Positions 28,926 to 38,219 of a DNA stretch of 64,000 bases are shown piece by piece. This DNA comes from Candidatus Krumholzibacteriota bacterium (lineage in GTDB: Bacteria > Krumholzibacteriota > Krumholzibacteriia > JAJRXK01). The stretch spans positions 128,001 to 192,000 of the forward strand of contig CAWDWO010000026.1 of NCBI GenBank assembly GCA_963806035.1, read 5' to 3'. Below the pieces are notes generated by a model that saw nothing but the letters and a program-made list of their open reading frames with translations, did not search any database and was not told the DNA's origin. Position 1 is the stretch's first letter; the number at the start of each line of letters is the position of its first letter. The translations under genes and the position numbers were made by a program.

Positions 28926-28941
28926 TGCAACTAGTGTGCCT
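28926..28941 (-). promoter_or_regulatory. σ54 -24/-12 promoter of the DGC-nucleotide-sugar operon
   Basis: AGGCACA-CTAG-TTGCA on -, 40 bp upstream of the DGC ATG. Confidence 0.7.
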
Positions 28942-28977
28942 CTGCCTTCCAAGTTCTTCCTCAGCAAGGTTTTACCC

Positions 28978-29388
28978 TCAATCTTCGCCCTCGGGACCGA
29001 TCTCCCGCCGCAGCTTGCTCAGAATTTCGCGCTGCTCGGCGCGCAGCTCACTGATCTCGCGCCAGCCACTACGGGCGCGCAGGAGGCAAAAAATCAGCGC
29101 GAGAGCAGCCAAACCCGGCAGCCCGTAGCGCCAGAAAATCGAGCGATCCGCCAGGTGGGCAGCGGCGACTCTCCACAGAGAGCGCCCCAGGGGAATCATC
29201 ATGAAGGCGAGGGCGAGCCAGAGAATCAGGGAGGTGAATTCACGGGCCAGCATTTGCCGGTTGCGGCGGTATTTCTGCAGCAGACGGTTCCCCGAGGCAG
29301 CCCGACCGTCGTGAAAACGCGATCGGTACTTCTCCCGCAGACGCTCGCTACGGGCTCCGCTTCGACCGGTCTTCAGGAAGCTCCTCAA
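28978..29388 (-). CDS. Hypothetical 2-TM protein
   Basis: ORF with two hydrophobic segments and a basic N-terminus; start uncertain. Confidence 0.45.
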   Translation of the reverse strand: MRSFLKTGRSGARSERLREKYRSRFHDGRAASGNRLLQKYRRNRQMLAREFTSLILWLALAFMMIPLGRSLWRVAAAHLADRSIFWRYGLPGLAALALIFCLLRARSGWREISELRAEQREILSKLRREIGPEGED

Positions 29389-29566
29389 AGTCCGCCTCCT
29401 CGATCTTCTGTTCGCTCAGTACCTCGGGCGTCGGCGTCTTGCGCCCTCCCACCGGACCGCTCTGTTGCGAGGAGACCCGCGAGGCGCTTCCCTTGGTGAA
29501 CCACTGGACGAGCCGGCGTACGGCCCAGAACGCCAAGAGCAACAGAAGAACGCGCGTAAGGAACAT
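29348..29566 (-). CDS. Small single-TM hypothetical protein
   Basis: N-terminal TM helix and C-terminal IEEADFEEL motif. Confidence 0.6.
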   Translation of the reverse strand: MFLTRVLLLLLAFWAVRRLVQWFTKGSASRVSSQQSGPVGGRKTPTPEVLSEQKIEEADFEELPEDRSKRSP

Positions 29567-29636
29567 AACCGCGGCTGAATCTGAGCGAAAGACGCCACCG
29601 GAACAGCTCGAGGCCCCGTGGACTTTCGGCGGAAAG

Positions 29637-29713
29637 TGGTGTGCCCGGCAGGATTCGAACCTGTGACCTTCGGTTCCGGAGACCGACGCTCTATCCAACT
29701 GAGCTACGGGCAC
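29637..29713 (-). tRNA. tRNA-Arg(CCG)
   Basis: TCGGT-CTCCGGA-ACCGA anticodon arm; encoded CCA; TTGCAG-N17-CATATT promoter-like motif at 29759-29787. Confidence 0.96.
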
Positions 29714-29799
29714 GGCCATCGCAAAGGTCGCGCCGGAAGTCCCGGCGCGACGCAGACCAATATGCCAAATCAGCCCTGATGCTGCAACGACGGAGGGCG

Positions 29800-31020
29800 C
29801 TAGGTGGAGGAGTCCTCGCGCGCGCGCACCGCCTCGACGTCCTTGTCGCCCCGCCCGGAGAGATTGACCAGCACCAGATCGTCCTCGTTCAGCTCGGGCA
29901 TGAGTTCCTCCAGCCAGGCCAGGGCATGCGAGGATTCCAGGGCGGGCACGATCCCCTCCAACTCGCTGAGTCGATGGAACGCCGCCAGGGCCGCTTCGTC
30001 CGATACCTTGGTGAACCGGATGCGTCCCACGCTCTGATAGTACGCGTGCTCCGGGCCGACGCTGGGGTAATCCAAACCCGCCGAGACGCTGTGCGTGGGC
30101 AGCACGTTGCCGTCATCGTCTTGCAAGAGGTAGCTGCGCGTTCCGTGGAGAACTCCGGGACGTCCGGAAAAGAAGCGAGCCGCGTGTTCTCCCCTACCCT
30201 CACCGCGTCCTCCGGCCTCTACCCCGATCATTCGAACCTGGCGGTCACCGAGAAATGCGTGGAAGAGGCCGATGGCGTTGCTCCCCCCTCCCACGCAGGC
30301 CAAGAGATGCGTGGGCAGGGTTCCCGCCTGCGCGAGCACTTGTTGCCGCGCCTCCACTCCGATCACGCTCTGGAAATGGCGCACCATGAGGGGAAAGGGA
30401 TGGGGGCCGAGCACACTGCCCAAGACGTAGTGGGTGCTCTCGACCGAGGCCACCCAATCCCGGATCGCTTCGTTGATGGCGTCCTTCAGCGTGCGGCTTC
30501 CGCTGTCGACCCCGACCACTTCGGCGCCGAGAAGCCGCATGCGATAGACGTTCAGGGCCTGCCGTTCCATGTCCACCGTGCCCATGTAGATCACGCACGA
30601 GAGACCGAGGGCGGCACAGGCGGTGGCGGTGGCCACGCCGTGCTGCCCCGCCCCGGTTTCCGCGATGATGCGCGTCTTCTTCATGCGCTTGGCCAGCAAA
30701 GCCTGTCCCAGGGCATTGTTGATCTTGTGCGCGCCGGTGTGCGCGAGATCTTCACGTTTCAACCAAATCGCCGCGCTCGCGTAGTGTGCGCTCAAACGGC
30801 GGGCAAAGCTCAAGGGTGTCGGACGCCCGGCGTAGTTCTGCAGCAGATCGTTCAGCTCCGCGACGAAGCTGGCGTCCGCGCGCGCCGCCTTGAACGCTTT
30901 CTCCAACTCCATCAGTGGACCCATCAAGGTCTCGGGCATGTAGCGTCCGCCGAAGGGACCGAAGCGTCCGTCCTCCCCCAGACCTTCCTCGAAGACGAAC
31001 TCGGATTCGCCAGCACTCAT
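29800..31020 (-). CDS. trpB: Tryptophan synthase beta subunit
   Basis: [22 protein letters not shown] and NLSGRGDKD motifs. Confidence 0.98.
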   Translation of the reverse strand: MSAGESEFVFEEGLGEDGRFGPFGGRYMPETLMGPLMELEKAFKAARADASFVAELNDLLQNYAGRPTPLSFARRLSAHYASAAIWLKREDLAHTGAHKINNALGQALLAKRMKKTRIIAETGAGQHGVATATACAALGLSCVIYMGTVDMERQALNVYRMRLLGAEVVGVDSGSRTLKDAINEAIRDWVASVESTHYVLGSVLGPHPFPLMVRHFQSVIGVEARQQVLAQAGTLPTHLLACVGGGSNAIGLFHAFLGDRQVRMIGVEAGGRGEGRGEHAARFFSGRPGVLHGTRSYLLQDDDGNVLPTHSVSAGLDYPSVGPEHAYYQSVGRIRFTKVSDEAALAAFHRLSELEGIVPALESSHALAWLEELMPELNEDDLVLVNLSGRGDKDVEAVRAREDSST

Positions 31021-31649
31021 TGCGTCTCTCCCCCCTCCTTCAAGTCGTGCACTGCTCTGGCGAAGGCCGCCAGTTTGTCCGGGTCCTTCAGCCCAGGTGC
31101 GCTCTCGACCCCGCTGGAGACGTCGACCGCGAAGGGATGCACCTGGCTGATGGCCCGCGCCACGTTGACCGCGGTGAGTCCGCCCGACAGAAAGATCCGG
31201 CGGCGTTTGGCCAAGGAGACGGCGAGCTGCCAGGGAAAGACCTGCCCGCTGCCGCCGCCCGAAGGCGAGGCGCTATCGAGGAGGGTGGCCCAGCTCGAGT
31301 CGCGCAGGCGCGAAGGGGCCACGCGCGCCTGCGTCACCGCCCGCGCTTCGATCACGCGCACCGGCAATCCCAACCACTCCTCGCCGCGTTCACTTCCGTG
31401 CAGTTGCACCAGATCCAGATCGAGTTGCTCCACCAGCTCCGCCACTTCTTCGTAGCTTTGGTCGCGGAACACTCCCACTAGCTCGGCTCTCTCGCGCAGC
31501 TCGTCCAGCCAGGGACGGATGTCCTCCGGCCGTACCCGGCGCGGACTCTCAGCGAAGACGAAGCCCAGGTAGTCCGCCCCGTGACGCAGCGCGCACTGCG
31601 CATCCTCGGCGCGCGTCAAACCGCAGATCTTCAGGCGCACCGACTTCAT
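31017..31649 (-). CDS. trpF: Phosphoribosylanthranilate isomerase
   Basis: KICGLT, QLHGSE, GGSG and DVSSGVE motifs. Confidence 0.95.
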   Translation of the reverse strand: MKSVRLKICGLTRAEDAQCALRHGADYLGFVFAESPRRVRPEDIRPWLDELRERAELVGVFRDQSYEEVAELVEQLDLDLVQLHGSERGEEWLGLPVRVIEARAVTQARVAPSRLRDSSWATLLDSASPSGGGSGQVFPWQLAVSLAKRRRIFLSGGLTAVNVARAISQVHPFAVDVSSGVESAPGLKDPDKLAAFARAVHDLKEGGETQ

Positions 31650-32455
31650 GGCGTCTCCTGGAAGAGCTGGGCAAAACGCTGACGCGGACTCTCGCCGCGC
31701 ATCAGGCCCTCGCCCACCAAGGCGGCATCCACCGGACTCTGCGCGGCCCGGCGCGCATCCTCGACGGCAAGAATCCCGCTCTCCACCACGCACACCCGTT
31801 CCCGCGGGACCCTGGCGCACATCTTGAGTGCTTTCTCAAGGTCTACACGGAAAGTACTCAAATCACGCGCATTACAACCTATGATCGGAAGCTCCAACGC
31901 CAGGAGCCGCCGCAGCTCCTCCTCGCCGTGCGCCTCGGCCAGGGTCTCCAGGCCCAACTCCTGTGCGCGATCCCTGAAGGCGAGCAGTTGCTCGTCGGAG
32001 AGGACCGACGCGAGCAAGAGAACCGCGTCGGCCCCGGCCACCCGCGCTTCCAGAAGCTGGTAGGGATCCAGAATGAAGTCCTTGCGCAGAAGCGGCAGGG
32101 TGACGGCCTGGCGCGCCTCTCGCAGCGCAGCGAGACTTCCGCCGAAATGGTCTTCCTCGGTGAGCACGGAGAGCGCCCGGCAGCCCGCTGCCTCGAGTTC
32201 GCGCGCCAGTCGCGCGGGATCGAAATCTTTCCGGATGATTCCGGCCGAAGGCGAAGCGCGCTTCAATTCGCCGATGACGCGCAGGGGCGCAGCGTCGCTT
32301 TCTCCCTTGCCCGGGCGGCGCAGGGCCGCGCTCAGAGAACGGGTCGGGGGCAACGAGGAATACTCTTGGGCGAGCGCGGCCAAGGGCCGCTGGCGTCGGC
32401 GCTCATCGAGGCGCACGCGCACCGAGGCGAGAATCTTCTGCAAATGCTGGCTCAA
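31646..32455 (-). CDS. trpC: Indole-3-glycerol-phosphate synthase
   Basis: ELKRASPS, LSVLTE, LRKDF and ESGI motifs. Confidence 0.95.
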   Translation of the reverse strand: MSQHLQKILASVRVRLDERRRQRPLAALAQEYSSLPPTRSLSAALRRPGKGESDAAPLRVIGELKRASPSAGIIRKDFDPARLARELEAAGCRALSVLTEEDHFGGSLAALREARQAVTLPLLRKDFILDPYQLLEARVAGADAVLLLASVLSDEQLLAFRDRAQELGLETLAEAHGEEELRRLLALELPIIGCNARDLSTFRVDLEKALKMCARVPRERVCVVESGILAVEDARRAAQSPVDAALVGEGLMRGESPRQRFAQLFQETP

Positions 32456-33501
32456 GCTGTCGCTCCGTGCTGCTGAGAAAAGCGCAGATAGGCTCGCAAG
32501 ACTTCGACCGCCTCTCCGCGATCGATGCTCTGCTGCGCGCGCGCCACTCCCTCCTTCAAGTCCTCCACCAAGTCGGCGACCAGAAGCGCCGCCGCCGCGT
32601 TCAGGACGATCGCATCGCGACGCGGGCCCATCTTTCCTTCCAACACTTCCCGCAAGATGGCTGCGTTCTCGTGAGCATCCCCGCCCTTCAGTGCCTCGGC
32701 AGGATGCGGACCCAGGCCGAATTCGCCGGGATCCACGCGACCCTCACTGAGACTTCCATCCACCAAGAAAGTGCGGCTGGGAGCGCAGACGCTGAGCTCG
32801 TCGAGCCCATCGTCTCCGTGGACCAGGAGCGCGCGGCGCGTGCCCAGTTCGCAGAGCGCCTCTCCCAGCTTGGAAAGGAGCTGGCCTTCGTAGACCCCCA
32901 CCACTTGATACGGAGCTCCCGCCGGGTTTACCAGCGGGCCCAGGAGATTGAATGCCGTGCGCACGCCGAGTTCCCGGCGCGGTTCCACCGCGTGTTTCAG
33001 CGCGGAGTGGTGCCGCGGTGCGAAGAGAAAGCCGTAGCCCAAGTCGTCGATCGCCTCTTGCACTCGTTCCTTGCTCAATTCGAGACGCGCACCCAGGGCC
33101 TCCATCACATCGGCGCTGCCACAGCGGCTACTCACCGAACGGTTCCCGTGCTTGGCGACGTGGGCGCCGGCGCCCGCCGCCACCAATGCCGCTCCCGTCG
33201 AGATGTTGAAAGTGTGCGCGCCGTCTCCTCCGGTCCCACAGGTATCCACCAGAGGTTCACGAGTGCAGTGAATGAGCTCGGCGTGAGCGCGCACCGCCTC
33301 GGCGAAACCCACGATCTCCTCTACGCTTTCGCCCTTCTGCCTGAGGGCCACCAGCCAGCCCGCGATCCAGGGAACGCTGGCCTTGCCCTGGAGGATGGCT
33401 TCCATCACCCAACGGGCTCGCTCGCGATCGAGGTCCTCCCCCGCCAGCGCACTGCGCAGGATCTGGTTCAGCTCCCGAGTGGTCTCCTTACGATCCTTCA
33501 T
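32452..33501 (-). CDS. trpD: Anthranilate phosphoribosyltransferase
   Basis: DTCGTGGDG, KHGNRSVSS and DGLDE motifs. Confidence 0.97.
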   Translation of the reverse strand: MKDRKETTRELNQILRSALAGEDLDRERARWVMEAILQGKASVPWIAGWLVALRQKGESVEEIVGFAEAVRAHAELIHCTREPLVDTCGTGGDGAHTFNISTGAALVAAGAGAHVAKHGNRSVSSRCGSADVMEALGARLELSKERVQEAIDDLGYGFLFAPRHHSALKHAVEPRRELGVRTAFNLLGPLVNPAGAPYQVVGVYEGQLLSKLGEALCELGTRRALLVHGDDGLDELSVCAPSRTFLVDGSLSEGRVDPGEFGLGPHPAEALKGGDAHENAAILREVLEGKMGPRRDAIVLNAAAALLVADLVEDLKEGVARAQQSIDRGEAVEVLRAYLRFSQQHGATA

Positions 33502-34091
33502 CGGCACGACTCCAACCAGTTGCGCAGGATCCGGATGCCGTCCTCAGTGAGAATGGACTCGGGGTGAAACTGCACGCCCCAGCTCTCGCTCTGCTTGTGC
33601 TTGATCGCCATGATCTCGTCGTCCGCGGTCCACGCCACCACCTCGAATTCGCAGGGGAGGCCGCTGCGCGGGACCTCGAGACTGTGATAGCGCGTGGCGG
33701 TGAAGGGGTTCTTCAAGCCGGCGAAGATCCCTCGTTCGCCGTGAAGCACGCGCGAGGTCTTCCCGTGCAAGATGTGACGGGCCGGTCCGATCGTTCCCCC
33801 GAAAGCCTGGGCGAGGGCCTGGTGGCCCAAACAGACTCCCAAGAGGGGGATCTTGCCGGCAAAGGCTTTGATCGCTTTCAAACTGATCCCCGCGTCGTCA
33901 GGAGTCCCCGGACCCGGGGAGACGAGGAGGCCGTCGGGAGAAAGACGACGAATCCCGGCCACGCTGATTTCGTCGTTCCGTCGCACTTCGATGTGCGCCC
34001 CGAGCTCGCCCAAGTACTGCACCAGGTTGAAGGTGAAGCTGTCATAGTTGTCCAAGACAAGGACCAATGGCTTGGAGGATTTCGCGCTCAT
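33498..34091 (-). CDS. trpG: Anthranilate synthase component II
   Basis: DNYDSFT, SPGPG, GVCLGHQ and QFHPES motifs. Confidence 0.95.
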   Translation of the reverse strand: MSAKSSKPLVLVLDNYDSFTFNLVQYLGELGAHIEVRRNDEISVAGIRRLSPDGLLVSPGPGTPDDAGISLKAIKAFAGKIPLLGVCLGHQALAQAFGGTIGPARHILHGKTSRVLHGERGIFAGLKNPFTATRYHSLEVPRSGLPCEFEVVAWTADDEIMAIKHKQSESWGVQFHPESILTEDGIRILRNWLESCR

Positions 34092-35575
34092 TGGAGCTCT
34101 CCTCTCTCGGCCCATTCGATGGCCTGGCGCAGCGCGCCCGCCTTTTCGTTCGTCTCTTCGAATTCGCGCTCGGGGCGGCTGTCCAGCACGATGCCTGCCC
34201 CCACGCCGAGACGCACGATGCCCTCTTCCTTGACCATGCTGCGGATGGCGATGCAGGTGTCCATCGAGCCCGCGAAGGAAATGTATCCCACCGCGCCCGC
34301 GTAATTGCCGCGCCGGCGAGTCTCCAATTCGTCGATGATCTCCATGGCGCGAATCTTGGGAGCGCCGGAAACCGTTCCCGCGGGAAAGCAGGCCGCCAGG
34401 GCATCGAAGCAGTCGCAGTCCTCGCGCAACTCGCCGCTGACGTGGCTCACCAGATGAATGACGTGACTGTACTTCTCCACCGCCATCAACTCGTCGGTAC
34501 GAACACTACCATAGCGGCACACGCGCCCCAGATCGTTGCGGCCCAAGTCGACGAGCATCACGTGTTCGGCCCGTTCCTTTTCGTCGGCGAGCAGCTCGGC
34601 GATGAGAGCCTCGTCCTCGCGCGCGGTCTTCCCCCGCATCCTGGTGCCGGCAATCGGACGCAACTCGGCGCGCCCGGACTCCACTCGTACCAGGACCTCC
34701 GGAGACGCCCCCACCAGTTGTCTCTTTCCGTAATCGAAGTAGAACATGTAGGGGCTGGGATTGATCACGCGTAATGCCCGGTAGACTTCGAAAGCGGAAG
34801 CGATGGACTTGCACCAGAGCTCCCGGCTCAAAACGATCTGAAAGCAATCTCCGGCGCGAATGTACTCGGTGGCGCGCTTTACCGCGCGGCCGAACTGCAG
34901 CTTGGACACGCTGGATCGAAAGCGGGGCGCATGGGCCGGTCGGCTGCGGCTCAAGTCGGGGAGAGCTTCGGCCAGCGCCCTCTCCATGGCATCCAGACGG
35001 GCGCGCGCGCGCTCACGGGCACTGGGGACGTCACCGTCGATCGTGGCGCAGGACACCAGTTTCATGCGATTGCTCAGGTTGTCGAAGACGACCAGATCAG
35101 TGACGAGAAAAAAATCCAATTCTTCCGGGTCGTTCTTGGTGCGGTGACGGTCGGGGATTCTCTCGATTCCCCGGATGGCGTCATAGGAGATGCTTCCCAC
35201 CGCGCCCCCGAAGAAGCGAGGCAGACCCTCGACGGGAGCCGCGCGAAAACGCTTCATCCAATCCGCCAAGGCACGCAGAGGGTTCTTGGTTTTGAACGTG
35301 CGCTTGCGCCCATCCCATTCGATGAGCACCCTCTGGCCGCGGGCGCGAAAGCGGCCGCGCGGATTGGCCCCGAGGATGGAATAGCGTCCCCAGTTTTCGC
35401 CTCCCTCCACGCTCTCCAAGAGAAAGCACCGCGAGGAGCCAGCCCGCAGTTTGAGGAGGGCTGAAACCGGAGTCTCCAGATCGCCCATGAGTTCTCGCAC
35501 GACCGGCACGAGATTGTAGTGGCGCGCGAGGGAGGAGAAGCGGCGCGCGGTGGGAGTGTCCTGCCGGAAGCTCAT
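34088..35575 (-). CDS. trpE: Anthranilate synthase component I
   Basis: LLES, NPSPYM, EHVMLVDLGRND and GAPKIRAM motifs. Confidence 0.96.
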   Translation of the reverse strand: MSFRQDTPTARRFSSLARHYNLVPVVRELMGDLETPVSALLKLRAGSSRCFLLESVEGGENWGRYSILGANPRGRFRARGQRVLIEWDGRKRTFKTKNPLRALADWMKRFRAAPVEGLPRFFGGAVGSISYDAIRGIERIPDRHRTKNDPEELDFFLVTDLVVFDNLSNRMKLVSCATIDGDVPSARERARARLDAMERALAEALPDLSRSRPAHAPRFRSSVSKLQFGRAVKRATEYIRAGDCFQIVLSRELWCKSIASAFEVYRALRVINPSPYMFYFDYGKRQLVGASPEVLVRVESGRAELRPIAGTRMRGKTAREDEALIAELLADEKERAEHVMLVDLGRNDLGRVCRYGSVRTDELMAVEKYSHVIHLVSHVSGELREDCDCFDALAACFPAGTVSGAPKIRAMEIIDELETRRRGNYAGAVGYISFAGSMDTCIAIRSMVKEEGIVRLGVGAGIVLDSRPEREFEETNEKAGALRQAIEWAERGELQ

Positions 35576-37287
35576 GAGCCAGCTCGCGCTCGCGATGATC
35601 GAAGAAGTCCACGGGCGACTTGAGCCGCGGCGCGCTTCTCTCCGCCCACCATCCGGCTGAGTTCGGCGAGGCGTTGATCGCCGTGGACCTGGCCTATGCG
35701 CGCCAGGGTCCGTTCCCCGCTGGAAGATTTTTCGGCCACCAGGTGCGTGGCCGCGGCGGCAGCGACCGCGGGCAGATGGGTGATGACCAGGACCTGGAGC
35801 GCGTCGGACATCGCCGACAGTCGCCGCGCCAGGGCTGGTCCGAGATCGGCCCCTACCCCGGCATCCACCTCGTCCAAGATCAGAAGAACGGGACGCGTGC
35901 CCGTCACCGCGAGGGTCTGGAGGACGAGACTGATGCGGCTCAACTCCCCGCCGCTGGCAATCCTCTCGATGGGACCGGGAGCTTCACCGCGATTGGTGCG
36001 CACGAACAGTCTGACGCTACCGGGACCTTCCCTGGAGGGCGTGATCCGCGTGCCGGCGAGCTTGATGGGTCCCTCGGGATCCGCCTGGAGATCGAGCTCG
36101 AAACTCAATTCCGCCTCCGCCATCTTCAAATCCGCGAGCAACTCCTTGGCGGCGCGCGCGACTTTGCGCGCCACGCGGCGCCGCTCCTTCCACAGGCGAA
36201 CTCCGGCCTGCTCCAGCGCGGCGACGGATTCTCTCAGCGGCGCCAGCAGACGCTCGGGCTCCGCTTCCTCCCAGTCCTCCCCGTCGAGTTCGCCGCTGAG
36301 TTTCTCCAGCAGGCGCAGCAGTTCGCTCTCGCTACGTGCGTACTTACGGCAGAGCGATTCGAGTTGGGACAAACGGGCCTGGTCGGCGTCGAGGGCTTCC
36401 GGACTGAAATCGGCGCTGTCAAGAAATCGCTCGAGTTCGCGCGTCGCCTCGCTCGCCAACTCGAGCGACTGCAACAGCGCCTCCCGCGCTTCGCCGATCA
36501 CCGCGATGGAGTCTCCCGCGCGTTCGAGCGCTTGGATGGCGCTCGACACCTCACTCACCGCACCTCCCTCATCGCTCTCCAGGCGCGCCAAGGCCGTCCG
36601 CGCCGCCTCGAAGATCTGCGCGCCGTGCATGAGCAGCTCCACTCGTTCGCGCAGCTGCTCCATCTCCCCCTCTTGCAAATGCGCGTCCGCCAGCTCGCGC
36701 CGTTGGAAGAGGAGAATCTCGCGCTGAGCGAGAAATTCCTCGCGGCGCTTCTGCCACAGAGAGAGTTCGCGTTTGCAGCTCTTGTAGCGATCGTAGGCCG
36801 CTTCCCATTCCTCGCGCAGCTCGGCCGAAACCCCGCAGTCGTCCAAGAGGCCGCGATGACGCGCCGGGTCTTGAATCTGCGTCTGCTGGTGTTGACTGAA
36901 GAGTTCGAGCAGCCGCTCACAAATCGCGCGGAGGTGGTTGGCGGAGGTGAGATTGCCGTCCAAAAATGCGCGCGAGCGCCCGTTGCGCCGCAGCTCGCGC
37001 CGCAGGGTGAGGATGCCGTCCGCCGAGAGTTCCACTCCGAGTTCGGCGAGCCAAGCCGCAGCAGAGGGACTCTGCTGCAGATCGAAGATGGCCTCGGCCG
37101 AGGCCCAGTCCTCACCGGCGCGAATCAAGCTGGATTCGGTCTTCTCTCCGCGTAACCAGCGAACCGCCTCCACCACCAGTGACTTACCCGCGCCGGTACT
37201 GCCACTGAGCGCATTGAGTCCCGGTCCCAGTGAGAGGGAAACGTCGCGGGCGATCGCGAGGTTCTTGAGACGCAGTTCGGCGAGCAC
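35572..37287 (-). CDS. recN: DNA repair protein RecN
   Basis: GSTGAGKS, ASGGELSR, DEVDAG and VITHLP motifs. Confidence 0.93.
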   Translation of the reverse strand: MLAELRLKNLAIARDVSLSLGPGLNALSGSTGAGKSLVVEAVRWLRGEKTESSLIRAGEDWASAEAIFDLQQSPSAAAWLAELGVELSADGILTLRRELRRNGRSRAFLDGNLTSANHLRAICERLLELFSQHQQTQIQDPARHRGLLDDCGVSAELREEWEAAYDRYKSCKRELSLWQKRREEFLAQREILLFQRRELADAHLQEGEMEQLRERVELLMHGAQIFEAARTALARLESDEGGAVSEVSSAIQALERAGDSIAVIGEAREALLQSLELASEATRELERFLDSADFSPEALDADQARLSQLESLCRKYARSESELLRLLEKLSGELDGEDWEEAEPERLLAPLRESVAALEQAGVRLWKERRRVARKVARAAKELLADLKMAEAELSFELDLQADPEGPIKLAGTRITPSREGPGSVRLFVRTNRGEAPGPIERIASGGELSRISLVLQTLAVTGTRPVLLILDEVDAGVGADLGPALARRLSAMSDALQVLVITHLPAVAAAAATHLVAEKSSSGERTLARIGQVHGDQRLAELSRMVGGEKRAAAQVARGLLRSSRARAGS

Positions 37288-37291
37288 GTCT

Positions 37292-38197
37292 TCAGTCCCC
37301 GTCGTAGTCGCCGTCGTCGCGGCCTTCGTTCAGAGTGCGGGGGGTTCCGCCCCAGCGCAATTTCTCGTGGATGATCTCGAAGAAATTCCGCCGCGGCAGC
37401 CGGATGAGATAGGCCGGCTCGTGCGCGCGCCGGAAGGCGATGTGGTCGCCGGTGATCACGTGCTGCCGCAGCTGTCCGTCGCCCGAGATGACCCCGTCAG
37501 GACAGTCGTGCAGAATGATTTCCAGAGGATGGTTGTGGTGCAGCAGAAGCGGCCGTACGGCCAGGCTGTGCGGGCAGATGGGCGTGATGACCAGCGCGTC
37601 CATGGCGGGATCCACGATGGGACCTCCCGCGGAGAGCGAGTACGCCGTGCTGCCGGTGGGCGTGGAGACGATGAGTCCGTCCGCGAGATAGCGTCCCAGC
37701 GAGGAAGAGTTCACCTTGACTTCGAGGTCGAGCACGCGCGGGGTGGCGCCCATGTTGAGCACCACGTCGTTCAGCGCCGTCAGTTCGCAGACGATTTCGC
37801 CCTCGCGCTGCACGGCCGCGCTGACCTTACGCCGCTTTTCGATGCGGTAGTTGCCCTCGGCCAAAGTGCTGATCGCGCTCGCGATCTCTTCATGCCTCAC
37901 TTCCGCCAGGAAGCCGAGACTGCCCAGATTGATTCCCAGCAGCGGAATCTTGTCCTTGCCCACCAGTCGCGAGGCCATCAAGAAAGTGCCGTCCCCGCCG
38001 AGCGTGATGATTGCATCGACGAAGCGAGCCATCTCCTCCTGCTTGACCACCGCTCCCTTCAAACCGAGTTCGGCGGCCAAGGCTTGCGACATGACCGGTT
38101 GGAATCCGTTGGTCAAGAGCTCCCGTCGGCAAACATGCACCGCATCTCTGACGATGGGTTTCGTGAGATTCGCGATGAGCCCGATTCGTGTGAGCAC
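37292..38197 (-). CDS. nadK: NAD kinase
   Basis: GGDGT, NDVV and TPTGSTAYSLSAGG motifs. Confidence 0.96.
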   Translation of the reverse strand: MLTRIGLIANLTKPIVRDAVHVCRRELLTNGFQPVMSQALAAELGLKGAVVKQEEMARFVDAIITLGGDGTFLMASRLVGKDKIPLLGINLGSLGFLAEVRHEEIASAISTLAEGNYRIEKRRKVSAAVQREGEIVCELTALNDVVLNMGATPRVLDLEVKVNSSSLGRYLADGLIVSTPTGSTAYSLSAGGPIVDPAMDALVITPICPHSLAVRPLLLHHNHPLEIILHDCPDGVISGDGQLRQHVITGDHIAFRRAHEPAYLIRLPRRNFFEIIHEKLRWGGTPRTLNEGRDDGDYDGD

Positions 38198-38219
38198 TGT
38201 GCGGCTCCTCTGGAGGTTC

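Noticed and set aside
9571..29713. Envelope locus as a tRNA-Arg-anchored genomic island
   Set aside because: No integrase, no duplicated tRNA 3' end and no obvious compositional shift seen.
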